From Phoronis australis (lineage: Eukaryota > Animalia > Phoronida): DNA of 64,000 nt. Numbering within the stretch: position 1 is the stretch's first letter; each line of letters starts with the position of its first letter. The notes beneath the pieces were generated by a model, which saw only the letters and a program-made list of their open reading frames with translations, did not search any database and was not told the origin of the DNA. Below are positions 12,700 to 24,993 of this stretch, piece by piece. The position numbers and the translations under genes were made by a program. The stretch is from contig NMRA01000006.1 in assembly GCA_002633005.1 (NCBI GenBank), positions 1,322,442 to 1,386,441 on the forward strand. Reading direction: 5' to 3'.

Positions 12700-15543
12700 C
12701 TGCGAAAGAAAAAGTATTTGAATTCTTAACAGTTACGGTCCTCCCCCTAGTGACGACCAGTATCCAAGTACTCAGGACGCCGCAATTTTACCCCTCTTCC
12801 CCTGTCGACCATTCTCCCGGTTGCCGCCATTTCCTTCTCCTTCTACAAATTCTGCCGCACCGCTATCAGCAAATAAACAATTTGTAAGGAGTTACAGCAA
12901 ACTTTAGAACCCCTGCATTTTTTGCTATTTATTGGGATGTATTATTACTACTATTATATTATTTCTTAATAGGAGAACTCTACGTAGACCTACCAACCTT
13001 AAAATCCGAAACGTACTACAGACGACAAAAACAATACTTGAGGAAATGCGATATCATTCCGTCTTTTTATACCATTAATAGTCATGTGTTCTGATTTTGC
13101 TCCATTTTGTATCAAGCATGTGGACGATACGTTATTTCGCAGTGTGGACGCCGCTGCACATGCTCAAGTTATTCTTCACATGTAACAGTGATCATTGGGT
13201 CTTAAACATATCCACCGAAAAGGAAAATGGCATCTTTCTAAACATAACGCTAAATTGTCGTAAGAGACCGTCCGGAGTTGGTATATGGTGCAACTCCGGA
13301 CGGTATGGGGTCAACAGAAAACCACAGTTCAACTGTGAGTCTACACCAATGTGATAAACGATAGTAGTTCTACTTACTGCGTCAGCTGCAGGTGTGCTTA
13401 TCTCTTTTATGACACACAAAGTGTGACTGGGCAAAGCGTTTTCAAAATAATGTGGATAAATCAATGGAGTGTGAGACCCCTGAGGTCCCTGTCAAGTCCT
13501 CACGACATTTCTACGTTATGCAACCTTTTCTATTGCACCAGAGTGGTGTTAGTGGACTGATTTAAATACATTAATGAATTCCACTCAAACTTAAAGCAGT
13601 TGTGCATCCTTTGGCAGGTAAACGCCGATCAATTCGACACCTACATCTAAATAAATTGATTTGTACACTCCACTATTGCCCGATTCACTGCATCTTCCCG
13701 CGCTTATTCTAGCAATTCATCGTTCGCCATCCCGCTTCCTTTTATTTCATTTCATAGCCGAAAGAAACGTTGCTGAGTTTGAAGTTTATTTTTGAACATC
13801 CTCGATTTCCCCGAAATTAACTAATGAAACAGTCACGGTGAGACCTAGCACAGTAGTGTTTGCAATAAGCCAATGCGAGGTTGCGTTTGTCTTGCCATTG
13901 ATAAAGCCTATGGCGGAAGCAAGGGATTATGGAAAACGTATATGAATGAGTATTCAAATCGCCAGGTCGCATTTTGCGACCTAGCCAAAATCCCAGGTCG
14001 CATTTTCAAAATCCAGCTCGCATTTATAAATCCAGGTCGCAAACATTTCCCGCCATTTTTACGCTCCAAAATTGATTTTTTAGATCACTGAGAAAATGTT
14101 TATATTATGCTCTTACTTACAGCGTTAAATACTGACAAGTCTCAGATCGTAAAATTGAGTTCTTTCATGTAGGTACGGTATTACTGTTCTTCACGACCGC
14201 CATTGAAAGGCTCTAAAGCACAAGGCAAGTTGCCGACGTGAAAGTTGAATCAGTGCTCTCTTTCTGACACGTGCATTCGAGTAGCTAAGTTTGCGATGTG
14301 AAAAGGGAGAAAATGCCCGTTGAAAAAGTATCCGCGATTTTGCTATGTCTGACCTGCTACTGCCTGTCATCAAAGTCGTTAAAGATCCAAACTAACTCGG
14401 AGTGCAAATTCGCTCCACTTTTTTTCGCAACCCAAATTTTGCAACTTAACTCGACGTTTGAAAAACATCTGTCAAAAAAAAAGCGTGAAACCATGCTCTA
14501 ACCGAATGACGTATTTGGATGCGCGAGAACAATTCAGTGCAAATTTCACAACAAAAGTGTGGTACTTAGGCTGTTTACGTATTCAATAATTAGTTTTTTA
14601 TGAAATTAATAGCTTCGAAATACTTCCCGACTCCGTGCGGGATTCCATCGCGTAATTCGAGTTTGCTCCTCAATACCTTCCAACTACGGGAAAAATAGGT
14701 CAGTCACGAAACGACACGCAAGTCACTAGTGTTAAGTTTCTTTCGGAGGTATGAATCAAAGCCGGGTTTGGTTTTTACATATTGAGAAAAGACGTTTTTG
14801 AAGACTGAATTTGTTTTGTAAAATGAGAGTGACACACTATACAGGCTGCTGTGTCAATTTTAAACCACGCGCGGTCGTTTGTAGTGCGCTATGATTTGCG
14901 CTAGCCTGAACTGTGGGCGCTAAATTGGAAATTCTCAAAGGTTGAGGGGGGAACGCATAGAAAATCAGTGAGCGCTTATTACAAAACACTTCAAAGGTAG
15001 GGAGTAGGTTTGTGCGTGAGCATTGTCGCTAACCTGAGTGTTTGCGGTAATAAGATATTAAAAGACTGCAATGGTAAGAAATGGTGTAATAATACGATTT
15101 TGAGAGACAAACTCCATCGAGTATAGGGGTGACTTTCTGGATATCGTTACCACCTACACTGTACCCTTTTTAGCCACCCGGTATAACTTTCTTTTTAATT
15201 ACCCGCTTCAGCCGGAACAAGATTGTTTCTATTAGAGTCTGGAAATTTTACGGTGACGGTGGTCCGGGGAGCGAAAACTTGCCAGGGGGGTGTATGAAGA
15301 AAAGAATAAAATGTTCGCTGACCACAATTTCACGTCTCGTACCCGTTTAGTGGCAATAGCTGGCTACGGGCATAGAATATAGGGTTTAGGAAACATCGAC
15401 CGCGGGAAACATCGTCACACGAAATATCAGTTCTGTGTTATATCGGTCCCGGGTAATATCGCAAAGCATCGGGTCTTATATAACCGCCGGGAATCTATGA
15501 GTTCATTTTCAAATAAACCACTGGCACGTAACCGGGTGCTGAA

Positions 15544-16685
15544 AGGCGAAGGCAACCTTATTTCATGTCTTTTTTAACAAAAATAAGGTTCGTTGATTAT
15601 CCCAGACATATTTTTTACTTATTTACTGCTCTTCGTAATTTAATTAGTTACTTGTTGTCTAATCCGGAAGTGACGTTTTGGGAGGCAAGAATTTCGCGCC
15701 AATTTCTTTTCATATAATCTGACTATGAGAGCAGTCGAGTCAGTCATTGTTCTACCTCGGTTGTGATAAGTTCGGTCGTCATTTGCTTTTGCTTACGAGT
15801 CAGTCAACATACTACGCTGTTGCTGCGTACTGGGGTGTACTCATTATCGTCTCACGTACAGAGGAAGAACTGTCCCACTTGCCCGAGTGTCCCGCGACTC
15901 ACTCCCACTGGAGGGTGATCTGAGCACCCAAACTGCTTACATCCCACCGCGTGACCCCCTCGCCAAACACCTGGCACTTTCTAAATATACAAGTCCACAA
16001 TAAACTTATCAAACTTAGGCTCACCGATCTGTTCATTGGATGACGAACTGTACCTTTTCACTGGGTGTCGAACTGGGCCTGTATTCACTCCCACTACTCA
16101 ACATCGATGCAGGGCTGCTTACAGGCTCTGGGCTAGAGACAACAGCACAGTGCGAATCACTGCTAGTTCCCGGAGGGACCTTCATCAATTCAGCGTACAC
16201 ATCTCTGTCGTAATCTGACGGCAGAAAATGCTTGCCACACTCGGTAACCCTCCACTGCTTTCTACGTTGTGTGGACGGGTAGCGCTGCGTTCTTCACATG
16301 AACGAGCTAGCCAAGTACGGCGAAGTGTGTCATCCTTCGGAAAGCGACGCAAGGTACCCAGGCAAAACGCGTGTGAGACGATAATGAGTACATCCCGGCA
16401 CGCAGCAACAGCGTGGCATGTTGACTGACTTGTAAACAAAAGCAAACGACGATCGAACTTATCACAACTGAGGTAGACCAATGACTGACTCGACAGCTCT
16501 CACAGTCAGACTATAATGAAAAGAAATCTGCGCGAAACTCTTGCCTCCCAAAACGTCACTTCCGGAGTAGAGGACGAGAAATTAATCAAATTACGAAAAG
16601 CTGTAATTAAGTGAAAAATGTGTCTGGGATAATCAACGAACCTTATTTTTGCTAGAAGTGACATGAAAAAAGGTTGCCTTCGCCT
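15544..16685 (-). mobile_element. Kolobok-type non-autonomous transposon with a THAP remnant and ~310-bp TIRs (copy 1)
   Basis: Termini aggcgaaggcaacctt ... aaggttgccttcgcct with degenerate TTAA flanks. Minus strand MPRCCCVPGC...RRFPKDDTLRRTW...CGKHF is a THAP C2CH domain. Closely similar to 32277-33593. Confidence 0.8.
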
Positions 16686-17573
16686 TAAACAGAGCCAAGT
16701 CGGTATACTCTTTCATTTAGGGCTGTCGCTGTTCTCTATTGATGTGCAGCTTTGAAGTGGTGAGCACGCTTGAGTTCACGCACTTGAATCGCTGCAGTAG
16801 GCCTACACTTTACGTTGGCACCAACGTGTGAAAGTCAAATCATATTTCGCGCACGTAGCCCCAGAAAAGGGTTTAGAGAATTTCTTGGTAGCTGAAAGTA
16901 GACGTGGCCGTCGTTTGGCGATTAATAGGGTTGTCATTTTCACTTTGGCTGTCTTATGATATAAAAAAACGAGACACATCTCTAAGTCACGATTGTCTGG
17001 CTGGACCGCTTGCGCGTTAACAACGGGACCGAGCATTGCCGCAGTGCCGGCAATATCATGGATGTTGTCGTGGATATGTGGATATTTGGTACATGTAATA
17101 AGAAGATCTTACGCGGAAAATAAAAATTTTTGTCCACCACAAAGTTTGGTAAGTTGATCGCTTAAGATTTAGTAGAAACACCGCCGGCCCGAATCCGGAA
17201 ATTTGCAAAAGTGGCCGAAAATGTTAGCCAACAAAACGAGTCAAAGATCGATTCTGCATATCCCATGTTTACGCGACTTGCTTACAAGTCATCGGGAGGG
17301 CTGTTCTCGGTTAGTGTTCTTTTGAACTTGGATTTGGTAACAACCAAATAACGGTCGGATTAACAAGAGTTGCTTTATATTTACCAGGTATCTGCCGAGA
17401 AGTGTAAAAACTCAGTTCGCATACGTTGGGAATTCCAGGTCGCATTTAGCGACTTGATACGAGATGACAAAAATCTCAGCCCGCATTTCCAAATTTCAGG
17501 TCGCAAATGCGACCTGCAGCTCGTTATGTCAAGCCCTGGTAATTGTGTTTCTTCCAACTTTTGCTTTCCTTAC

Positions 17574-19233
17574 CTCCTGTATTAAAACACCAAAACTGTA
17601 TAAGTCTGACTGCTTGGTTGTCATTACTCTGTCACACAGGAGGAATTCTGGCGCAGTCCAGAACAACTCTTTGGCAAAGAGGTTAGGATGCTCATTTTGG
17701 TCGTACAGAGCCACGCAGGGCGGCGTCAATGGTGGCTGTAAGTTTTGGACTTCGAGCAGTTTCGTGAACTCCCAATCCTTGATCTTTACAGTCCACTTTT
17801 GGTCGACGGCGCAGGCAGCTGCTCGGAGGTACCCGTGTACAATGTCCCTCGAATGTAAATACAACATGCCGCACGCAACGTCTTGTATGAGCGAAAACTT
17901 GAAGTTGTTATCGAACGAAAACTTTTCGTTTGTTAAAATGTCTTTAAGTATTCCCTTAGATGAGTATTCACGTACCAAATATATCTGGTCGCTATACGTT
18001 GTCAGGCCGTAGAATAATTGTACGTTTGTGTGCTTTACGTTATTTCTCATCCACAAAACAGTAGCCATGGTGTCCCTATATAAAGTACCGATGTCTCCCA
18101 AGTCTATCTCTTTCAGCACTACCAGCGTCTCCTTCCACCTGCCAACGACGTCGTCGTTCTCGTCAATGGAACTTCCACCAATGCTCGCCTTCTCCAAGGC
18201 ATCACCGGTATGAGCAAGGTCAGTTTTGTCGGCAAAGGCTTGATGAGTGGCCGCCTCGGAGGTCCATAGCGTGTGCTTCTGAACCTTTACAAAACGTATA
18301 TCTGACGCAGGGATAAGCCACTCTTGACTTTGTATTGCTCTGGCAAGTTTCATTTGCTTTTGTATCAGATAGCAAAGTATAAGTGCCATAGCGACACCGA
18401 TGACGGAGGAAATTGCTGCAACTGGGACACGCCATGCTTGCGTCGACGCATATTCTTTGCTTTTTTGTGTGAGAACGAGTTGATAGACACTTTGTCCTTG
18501 GCAGGCATAGTTTCTAAACATGTAGTCACGGACTCGATTATTGAAAGATTTGCTGAACTCGGTATAGTTGAACATTTTGATAATGTCGTTGGCTTCTGAT
18601 GTTGTCATAAACCATTCGACGAATCTCGCCAGTTCCGTTGCGCGGTCGCAATCACATGACGATTTAGCGCGAATGACCATGAACAGTACGCTCACTAAGG
18701 GATAGGAATCGTTACCGGAAGCATCTATAGTTTTGTTCAATGTTGGTCTTTGGTCGGGCTGTATTTGGACTACGCTTTCGACCGTATGTCTCAAGATGTC
18801 GTTATGTGGCCACACTCTATGGCCATTCCTGTTTATTAGCATGGCAATCGAAATTCCAGAAGTATGAGCCACGGCACATGGTAGATACCCAATGGTGTAT
18901 TCGACAGAACTCAGAATACCTACAACACCCACGCTACCTTTGGCGTAGTACGCTGCCACGCCTTCCTTCCAACTGTTTGCATCCGAGAACGTTCCCTGTG
19001 TCCAATTTTTACTGAATTTGTCCAACGCGTAAGTGAAGCCGCGCGTAGTACCCGAAGAATGTTTTCTCACCACAGTTCTTATTCTCTTCTTAGGTAACGG
19101 TGTTATTGTGTTATGTTTCGATATCGCGTAGGTGTTCCACCACTGGATGTGGCCGTTGAAAATGCCCGCGATGGCCTCGCGCGAAAGAGTTAAAGAGGAG
19201 CGATTCGGTAAATTATACCCGACAACTGTCGCC
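17574..19233 (-). CDS. PstS-domain receptor guanylyl cyclase-like gene, coding exon 2: rest of PstS-like domain, TM helix and most of the kinase-homology domain
   Basis: Acceptor tttgcag (19235-19234, phase 2), donor GTAAGG (17573-17572). PstS motifs VVGYNLP, LSREAIAGIFNGHIQWW, VVRKHSSGTT, KGSVGV, IGY, SYPLVS. TM VPVAAISSVIGVAMALILCYLI (~18364-18429). rGC-type pseudokinase motifs GMLYLHS..VHGYL, KIKDWEF, WTAPEFL, SDLYSFGVLIQE. Confidence 0.92.
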
Positions 19234-20226
19234 CTGCAAAACATAACGGATGTCATTCATGGAATGGCGTGCATCTACAAATCCTAACTTTTCTAGTTCG
19301 TGTTTAGTTCACATAGCTTATTAACCAGTATTTTTTGAAACAGTTGGTCAAAAACAGTGGGGTCATTTTCAGTAAGTAGGTGAAACAAGTGAAAATCCTG
19401 GATCCGCCCCTGTGTCAAACCTGACGTCAGAAATCGTTGGTCATGGTAGCATCGGTTTACTGTGGTAAAAATTATAAGGACCGGCCAGTCCAGAATACCT
19501 AAGCATCGCAATGGATGTTCTGGAGGGCCCTGGAGTTTTCCTAGCAACGGAAGTAAACTCCTTTCATGGCCAGGAACTTTCTGAGACTAACTTTGTGGGG
19601 GTAGTACCTAATTTAAGTGGTCTATTTTTATTTAGAGTTAAGTTGGGCAGGACCTTATCAAGAAATCTGTAAATTCAACCAAATATCTACAAAAAGATTG
19701 GTTTTGACTCAAGAAAAGTACGTACTTTCTAAATTTAGAAATTATGTAGAAATTGATTCTTGATTTTAGACAAGTCTGCCATACACGTATCATTTTGATA
19801 CATTCAGTATCAGCAACGTTAATTTACATAATTGTAAACATTCAACCTAAAATCTTAAAAATTCTATCACATTTTTCTAGATCATCGTTTCGTTTTCATT
19901 TAATGCAAATTTAAAGTTTTCCATAAAAATTCATTTTTGATAGCCCGTGATGCAAAAGAGGAAATTTTTAAGATAATTCCTAACAACGTTTTGGTGAACA
20001 TTGAAAAACATACATAAAGTATGTGAAAGTTCATATGAATCCAAGCAGCCATTTCTGAGATGTGATGATCAAAGGTTAGCCAAACTTGAACATTTTTTTC
20101 TAGGGTCCTGCATAACCTTAAGCTGGAGGAAATGCAGTTAAAATCTCGTTCGCTTGCTGAAAATTATCAGCGACTCACTTTTTGGAGCAACTTCCACTGA
20201 AAATTTTTTAACATTTGATTACCTAC

Positions 20227-20579
20227 CCGATGAAAATTGGAATGTAGAGGAACTTGTCGCTGTAATCATGAGTCACTACCATGGGATCATTTGATAAAGA
20301 AAAGTCAATATTGCAGTCCGAAAATGTGTCCTCGTTTAGCATTTTAAAACCAGCCGTGCTTCCAACTGATTTGTATCGAAGCATTACTTTTCTGTATTGT
20401 CTTCTAAACGCCATGAACGCCGCCGCCATACTACTGAAGGCGGTCGCGCCAAATGTGGCGCCCGCCCCAGAGATGTCCGTGTAATCCGTAGGTTCCCTAC
20501 CATGGTGCCCAAAATTATTACCACTTGCTATACTGCCTTTTGTTAACACGCCCATGAGACATAAAAGCTTCAGGTTCAT
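20227..20579 (-). CDS. PstS-domain receptor guanylyl cyclase-like gene, coding exon 1: putative signal peptide and PstS N-terminal lobe
   Basis: MNLKLLCLMGVL... then ISGAGATF, YKSVGSTAG, IDFSLSNDP, IPIFIG, matching PstS TGAGATFP, YQ.IGS.GG, VDFGASDAP, FP.VIG. Donor GG|GTAGGT (phase 2) matches the exon 2 acceptor phase. Confidence 0.88.
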
Positions 20580-21260
20580 TTGATACCTGCAACAAATACA
20601 AAGGTACTGTAGATGATTCGCTTTTGGGTTCGAAGTCTAATCTGCCGTCTCTTCTATGTATCTTTGTCTTTGATGACGACCTCGTTCTTTGAATTATTAT
20701 ACTAGAAACAAATACTGGAACTTCTCAGATGCTACCATTCTCATGACCACAGTCATAAACCAATCTTGCGAGTGAACCATTCTGCTATCTAACGAACAAC
20801 TGTCATTGTTGCTGAGAGGTTGCGAGCAATGTTACATCGGCTGTCAATGACGATATCGTCATAATTACCTCGAAATGACTAAGTTAGTTTGCCAGTTATT
20901 CATACCTGTCGACTTTCCGTCGTTTGGGTACCTTTGAATAATATGGGATTGTCTCGAATGTGACTTTCCCACTGCTCTCGTTGAGAATCTCGGTTCACGC
21001 CTTTTTTGTAATGAATAGCTTCGTATGTTGAATCCTGAGATATCTATTACATTCTGTAATGTATCTGACTACTTCAGGGCGTTGATAACAATGCAGTCAT
21101 TGAAATGCGAGCAGATAGTGTGCTAACAAATGGTATTTTGCATTTTTTTCATCTGCAAACTTCACAAAATAGAAACGTGCGTTTAAAGCAATGAGTAATT
21201 TTGTTACGCAGTTAATCAGATTGTTGTCAAGTAAAGCTTGATCATAGATTATAGACAGCA

Positions 21261-22740
21261 GGGCCCGGTTGCGTAAAAGTCTGTATAGTTATCCGGCGTA
21301 TAAATTTAGGTTGCATAAAACTTGGATAAGGTTCGGATAACTATCCGGTGGATATCGATGTTATACGGCGGATAGCAAGAAAGGATACCATATAAGGCAA
21401 TACCCATAACTCTTGTAACCTTGGTACAGACAAAATGGCTGACGTAAGAAGAAGCTCAACTAACTGGACAAAAATGAGATCAAGCTTCTGATTGAACTTG
21501 CTGAGTTAAATTTACAAGGAATTAATTGCAAGTTCAGTCAGAAGGTGACAAATGTGGAGAACTCCGTTTGAGAGGGAATTGCTAAAAGAAGAGCTACGAT
21601 GCCAAAGAGTAGTGGAGACATATGGTGTCTGGGGCGAGAGCTTCGCAGAACCACCTGCGAAAAGAAGTGAGAAAAACGGGAGGAGGATCTCGCCCCAAAC
21701 CCCTGGAAAAAGCAAAAGAAAAAATAATACCCCTCTTTGCTGTTACGCCAGCTGATTCAGTGGTCTGAACAAATCCATAAAGTCAGGTATGAATTAACAT
21801 GTGAGACATTATTATGGGTTTTGATACATTATCAACAATCTTCACCAGAAAGCTCTCTACTTTTCACTTTTCTTCAAAATTAAAACATTAAACTCTCTTA
21901 AGTGTTCAATAATTATTTGCTACGTGGCGTTCATTGTTTTGAAAAAAGGTCAACCAAGTTTGTAATTTAGGTCAAAGGGTCACATGACATCTTAGGCACA
22001 CCAACATTTAAATTCAAGCGGTAACACCTGAAAATTTGGTTCCTACAGTATGTTAAGAGCATCCCTCTGAGCCCACTAGTGCTATAAATTGTCAAATGTA
22101 ACGAACTGGTAGGCGTATTGGCTTGCTTTTGTCTACGTCACCGCGAGAACCACCTTTTCATTCAAACAGCTGCGAATAACACCCGCACGCAATGGTGTTC
22201 TATTCAGTCCCTTATTCAATACAACCTTATGTTGTTTGTGCTGGGATCTCGCGGTGACGCAACATGGCGCGAAAAGGCAGCTTCATTTATCATTTGACGG
22301 GCTTACATTTGTGTGATTGAACTCGCGTTTCCTTATTTTACTAAGGCTTTGCTAGGACTATCTATTTAGCCCAATACATCTAAAATAACAAAATCCCGTT
22401 GAAGTTAGGCTTTAAGGTTGGCACAGAGAAATTTCTCTTCGTGGCAGGTTTGATATTTTCATCCACTATACCTCAAATAAAACGAGTACGTTCTCATCCA
22501 AAACAAAACTTCTTTCCGAGCTCTTCATCGGTGTATTTGTTCAGAGGATCAGCACGTTCTCTCCCATGCATTCATTATGATTTGTATAAAAGTAATCCGA
22601 TGTCTGATGGTCTGTAACTTTATACGGCGGATAGTGTTAGTTAATTGTACGGTGGATAACTCTATGTGGCGTATAAAAAGTTGTACGCCGGATAAGGACT
22701 TTACCTGGCGTATAAGGCCTTATATGCCGGATAATTCGTG
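21261..22740. mobile_element. Internally deleted PIF/Harbinger element
   Basis: Left end gggcccggttgc with subterminal tat.cggcg/ggata repeats at both ends. Myb/SANT-like start MADVRRSSTNWT...IKLLIELAE on + (~21436); HARBI1-like N-terminus RERADPLNKYTDEELGKKF...KPATKRNFSVP on - (~22420-22565). Confidence 0.65.
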
Positions 22741-24263
22741 AGAGAGTAGATGAGGGCGAAGCCCTCAGACAGCTTCGCGAGATTATTTTACTTTAGACAG
22801 CTAAATGGGAAAATCCTTGTTCATATCTGTTCATAGGACAAAGACGGATTTGATATTCTTTTAACTTAGTATTGATCAGCGCGATATCTTTAGGAGGAAT
22901 AACGCTGAAGGTTTTTAGCAACAGTATGCAACTCTCGTGCTCGACTTATTTTTGTCAAGCAGGAGTTATCTGTACATCGACGAGAATCATACTAAGTTGT
23001 GTCATCGAGGATGGTGTTAGATGATTTCAGTCGAACTGCGCCACACCAACCATGGAACTGCACCCATTTTACTAAACTACGCTAATGGGGAATCCGACTC
23101 TTGTACGAATATGAGCATTTTGATCAAAAGATGACGTCTCTTCCGAATCGCACGTGCGCAGATGTATTTTTTAGTATTTTCTTGGAAATGTTTAATGCTC
23201 CTGGACTGAATTTGGCGATTGAAACTTAAAGTCTGCCGATTTTTTGTATGTGATCCATGGAAATGAATCACGATCATCGATCCATGTGCAGAAATGTCCC
23301 CAAAGCCACGAGTCCTAGCTTTCTCTAACATTTTTTTGGGAAAAAGTTAATCTATGTTCTCCGAAAATTAGTGATCGTAAGACCTCCTACTTTTGTCAAA
23401 ATTTACATAGTGTAGACGTGTGAAAACTTGTAAATATTGTCCATTTTCAAATCCAAAACGGTAAAAATGGTAAAAAGACGATCCTACAACTTTTACACTG
23501 TTAATCAGGTTTTAACCCTATTGTTTTTTATGTTCAAAGTATGTCCCGAAAACAACAGGTGCGTCGCAAGCTCCGTTTCCAGAGACAAAAAGGAGACCGT
23601 GTATAGGCGATATAAGGTCACTTATTATGACTGATAAGCTACAGAAATATGAGTGTAAAGATAACATAAAGATGCAATAATAATCTCTGGAAAGATGGGC
23701 AATAAAAAGCGCCAGCACTCAGGTAAGAGGAACCACCGAAAGGAGAGGCTGGTAGAGAGTGGGAAAAATTGAGGAGAGATTAAACTCGAACCTAAGTGCT
23801 GCTAAAGCGAAGTACTGATGGCAGGAAATATTACTTTACTGAGAACAAAGGAGACCTATGATACGTGACAATCATCAGCCTATCGGAGCCAGGAGCTGAC
23901 CAAACTCGTGGCACATGACACAAACGAACCAATAGTGAGGAGGCCGTGTTACTGCATCGTGTTCTTGGGCTTTCTGACAGTCATTTGGACATGGTTACCG
24001 AATCGCCATGAATTGTCGTTTGAATGCATGCTTCCCACGGTAAGAAGCTAGATCATCTGCCCTATGAATTCGGACGATGAGAAAGGAGATCACACGTCTG
24101 AAGTGTTACGTGTGAATTTTCCAGATGGCAAACCAGATGACGGGCCGATCTGGCTTCTGACCCGACGTCATGTGATCACTGTTGAAGACCCACGCGAACC
24201 ATAACCGTGTTTTCCGAAAAGTACGCACACGGCGATTAATTTCAACGAAAAACGGACGTGCAT

Positions 24264-24401
24264 CTACTTTGAAGCCTCTCTGAAATGGCTTAGTACCACC
24301 AGAGTAACACTGTCTTGATCTTGCAGTATGAGGCGAGCTACTTCCTTGTGATTCAAGCGTAAAACATTCTGACCGTTCACAGACATTATGAATTGGCGGA
24401 C
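24264..24401 (-). CDS. DEPTOR: DEPTOR-like gene, exon 9 (last): PDZ C-terminal half
   Basis: Acceptor cattttcag; VRQFIMSVNGQNVLRLNHKEVARLILQDQDSVTLVVLSHFREASK* parallels vertebrate DEPTOR VCQFVVSVNGLNVL. Not in the supplied ORF track. Confidence 0.88.
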   Translation of the reverse strand, partial: VRQFIMSVNGQNVLRLNHKEVARLILQDQDSVTLVVLSHFREASK

Positions 24402-24888
24402 CTGAAAATGAGACATTGAAATTGAATGCAACTGTTGTGGCACTTATTAAGTAGGAATTTCTAATAGAACCTATGAAATCAACAAGAGTTCTACATGACT
24501 CGCCACAGCATTGGCTGAAACACCAGCACGGATTCATATCCACCTCATACGACAACATCCACCAACAACTCATGGGTACGAGTGTATTGTAACTGTGCCT
24601 CTTTAAAACATCTGTTCACACCAGAAAGCAACAGTCTTGTACACAAATAATTAAACTATAATGCTCTACATTGAAAAGTGACTGGAAATCAGAAACACAG
24701 AGGTGAACCAATTCCTTTCATATCAGAGCCAGGCACTTGAATAAGTGTCTCAGCTACGACCATAGCAAACTCATGTGGCTACATCATAGCGGATAGCTCA
24801 GTTTTGCTGTCATTACTAGCCATCGAACAAGGAGCAGACATCAAGGGACAATCTTGGCCCAAATTGCCAACAACTTCGCGCAGTTTAC

Positions 24889-24993
24889 CTTTACTCCTGC
24901 AGCCGCTGCCGGTCCCTGAGGATCCACCGTCTGTACGTACGTTGGACTGTCGCCGCGGACAACAAAACCATAACCAACGGAGTCACTAAAAAT
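24889..24993 (-). CDS. DEPTOR: DEPTOR-like gene, exon 8: PDZ N-terminal half
   Basis: Acceptor cattgcag, donor GTAAAC; IFSDSVGYGFVVRGDSPTYVQTVDPQGPAAAAGVK vs DEPTOR IVGDAVGWGFVVRGSKPCHIQAVDPSGPAAAAGMK. Confidence 0.92.

Noticed and set aside
17464-19015. Plus-strand ORFs overlapping the receptor's large exon
   Set aside because: Antisense shadows of the real minus-strand CDS, with no recognisable motifs.
17574-20579. Bacterial contamination or a bacterial pstS gene
   Set aside because: The PstS-like region is split by a GT-AG intron, continues in the same exon into a TM helix and an animal rGC-type kinase domain, has no pstCAB neighbours, and is surrounded by eukaryotic transposons.
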